From contig NC_133623.1 of NCBI RefSeq assembly GCF_048593235.1, forward strand, positions 14,934,211 to 14,998,210: a stretch of 64,000 nt of DNA, given 5' to 3'. This DNA is from Sminthopsis crassicaudata (Eukaryota). The notes beneath the pieces are model-generated. The model was not told where the DNA came from. It saw nothing but the letters and a program-made list of their open reading frames with translations, and searched no databases. The position numbers and the translations under genes were made by a program. Shown piece after piece: positions 61,801 through 64,000 of this stretch. Every line of letters begins with the position of its first letter. The stretch's first letter is position 1.

Positions 61801-62731
61801 TTGCTGTTTGCTGAGGTAGATTATAAAGGAGATTTAACATTTCTTCTTTTTGTTATGAATTTTTATGCTCTCACACATGGTCATTTTTTGTAAATGTGCT
61901 ATGCAAATGTGGGAAATAACTATATTTGTAATAATTTCTATTCATTAACTACCAAAGATCTATCATATTTAATCTAATATTCTGTAAAGATGTTTTACTA
62001 ATTTCATTATTGTTAGATTTCTATTTGCCTGAAAGAAGTATCTTGAATTTCCCAGTAATCATTTTTTTAATGTCAACATCTCTCTTTATATAGTTCAGTT
62101 AGATTTTCTTTTAAGCAATTATAATCTGTACTTTTCAGAGCATATGAGTAATTTAATATTAATCAATGAAAAATATATAAGCAAAAAGGATGATGTGATC
62201 ATATATGAAGAGTAAAAGCTCATCAGTGAATAGCCTTTTCACTTGATTGGGATTCTCAGAATGTTGGAAAAAAAAAAGGAAGTTTTATAATATGTTGGAT
62301 GGATCCCTGTGGCCTATATATGGAAGAACATGAATAAAAGTCCTATAGAAGTACAGGCAAGGGTGGATTATGATCTGTATCACTAGAGAGAATATATACA
62401 TTGGTGAAATCTCACAGCTATTTGCATAAAATATTTGTGCATTTATAAAATTAATCCAGGTAGAATTAGAATAGATACAGATTAGAATAAATGTTTCTAT
62501 TATCTCTAATAAACATCTGACATATAACATCTCTGGGGAATTAATACAAATCCAAAAGATCTTCTAACAGATACATGTCCAAAATAATACAGTTTTCAAA
62601 AAAAGAAATACTATTTGAAACATTTTTTAAAATAACTAATAAGCAAAGGAACATAAGTTTTGCTATTTCTGGTTTGTTTGTGTTTTTTTTTTTGGTTGAA
62701 ATATTTATTAATGGTAACAGGGATGTTCATT

Positions 62732-62781
62732 AAGAATGAAATTACTAAAAAAAAAAAAAAAAAAAAAAGAATGAAATTACT
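62732..62781 (+). mobile_element. Poly(A)-only retrotransposon insertion with 15-bp TSD
   Basis: AAGAATGAAATTACT (62732-62746) + A20 + AAGAATGAAATTACT (62767-62781); target TT|AAGA. Confidence 0.8.
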
Positions 62782-63384
62782 CTGGATGTACAAGCCATTT
62801 GATTTAGACAAAACTAGCATATTAAATGCATATACACATATACTTTCTAATAATAAGGTAAACAGGTTCAGTTGGCCTATTTGGGCCATTATATGGCACA
62901 TGCATGTATCGTTGCCATTTTTGGTTCCAGTCAACCATGCAGTTACTTTGGCATCTGTTCCTAGGGATTCACACTTGGAGATAACTAGCTTACTGCCTGG
63001 CCCAAAGGAGGTATTTAATAAATGTTTATTGATTAGCTGATGGACTCTGCTGGATAACTCAGTATATATACAAAAGTCAATGATTATCCTTTCCATCTCT
63101 TTCTTCCTTTCTGGATGCAAATGATATCCTGTTTGTATTTAAGCAACTTCCTGAGCAGCATGTGAGGGAAGGACAGCTTGCTTTATCCCTTCCCACTTTT
63201 ATTCCATCTTCCTTTCCTTTTCCTCTTCTATCTTCAGACCCCTGTAAGGCATCTAAAGCACATGTTCTGCCTAGGTGAGATTGAACATGGGTTTGGGATG
63301 CCCTTTTTATGATTGTTCTTTCCTGATTTTAGAGTAATAAGTACCCATTCTGGATGGATATGTGTTAAGTATGGAAGGACCTAA

Positions 63385-63620
63385 TGAATACAATAAAAAA
63401 ATTTTAAAAATTTTTTGCCCTTGAGGAGCTCACATTCCACTGTAGGGACAGAGGTGGGATTCAACATATGAATCAATAAAGAATTACAATATAATTTGAG
63501 AAAGAAGGAAAGAACACGAACTACTCTGGTAGGATTGAGAATAGCTTCCCTTAGGAAATGGTATCTGAACTGACCTGAGCAGGCTAACATGTTGGGCTGA
63601 ATCAAATAAAGATAAAATTG
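63385..63620 (-). mobile_element. L2 3' fragment
   Basis: 'tttgcccttgaggagctcacattccactgtaggga', 'gcttcccttaggaaatggtatctgaactga'. Confidence 0.5.
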
Positions 63621-64000
63621 CCTGGGGAAAACTGTGAAGACTTAAACTTGAGTTCAGAAAAAAATCAACTTTATAAGTACAAGCTAGCTCCTTCAGGGAA
63701 GGGACTGTTTTTCTTCTTTTCTTTCTAACATTTATCATAATGCCTTGGTATAAGCAATTAAAAAATGCTTGTTGGATTGAATTGAAATGTTGCTCGTCTG
63801 AAAAAATTCTAGGCATTTTGGTAGACATCATACTCAGTAGGAGTCAACAGTGAGGATAAACATCTAAATAAACCAATAGATTCTTTGGTTGTATTTAAAA
63901 AGCCACAGTGTCTGTTTAATTCACTATTAAAACTCTCTAGCAACAAAAAGTACTTCCATATCATAGGGTTCTCATAAAAATGGTATTCTTCCATGTTTTT

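Overview
Eukaryotic, AT-rich, visibly CpG-depleted mammalian DNA from a scaffolded draft assembly with four N gaps. The repeat repertoire (WSINE1-like and MAR1-like SINEs, RTE relics, marsupial-type L1 3' ends) points to a marsupial, most likely a dasyurid such as the Tasmanian devil; this is an inference from recalled repeat consensus sequences. No protein-coding gene can be confidently identified. The supplied ORFs are L1/RTE/CR1/R4 fragments, N-gap or microsatellite artefacts, or chance ORFs. There is one weak, phase-compatible chain of four possible + strand exons (18272-27977). Most of the window is layered transposon debris from five LINE clades (L1, L2, CR1/L3, RTE, R4/Dong), plus solo LTRs, SINEs and a hAT MITE, with a few repeat-free, motif-rich blocks that may be enhancers. 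Highlights: (1) a long, still-translatable R4/Dong-clade LINE relic on the minus strand (RT plus restriction-like endonuclease region), split by a solo LTR and a WSINE1, both with TSDs; (2) a CR1 ORF1 relic (zinc finger/leucine zipper plus SGNH esterase), a part of CR1 usually lost to 5' truncation; (3) a U6 snRNA-L1 chimeric retropseudogene; (4) an L1 with both ends and a 14-bp TSD but lacking the RT domain; (5) a young L1 truncated at the position homologous to its target inside an older L1; (6) a poly(A)-only insertion with a 15-bp TSD; (7) two unexplained near-perfect inverted-repeat pairs. Repeat family names come from recalled consensus sequences and manual translation, not database searches; boundaries of old repeats are approximate.
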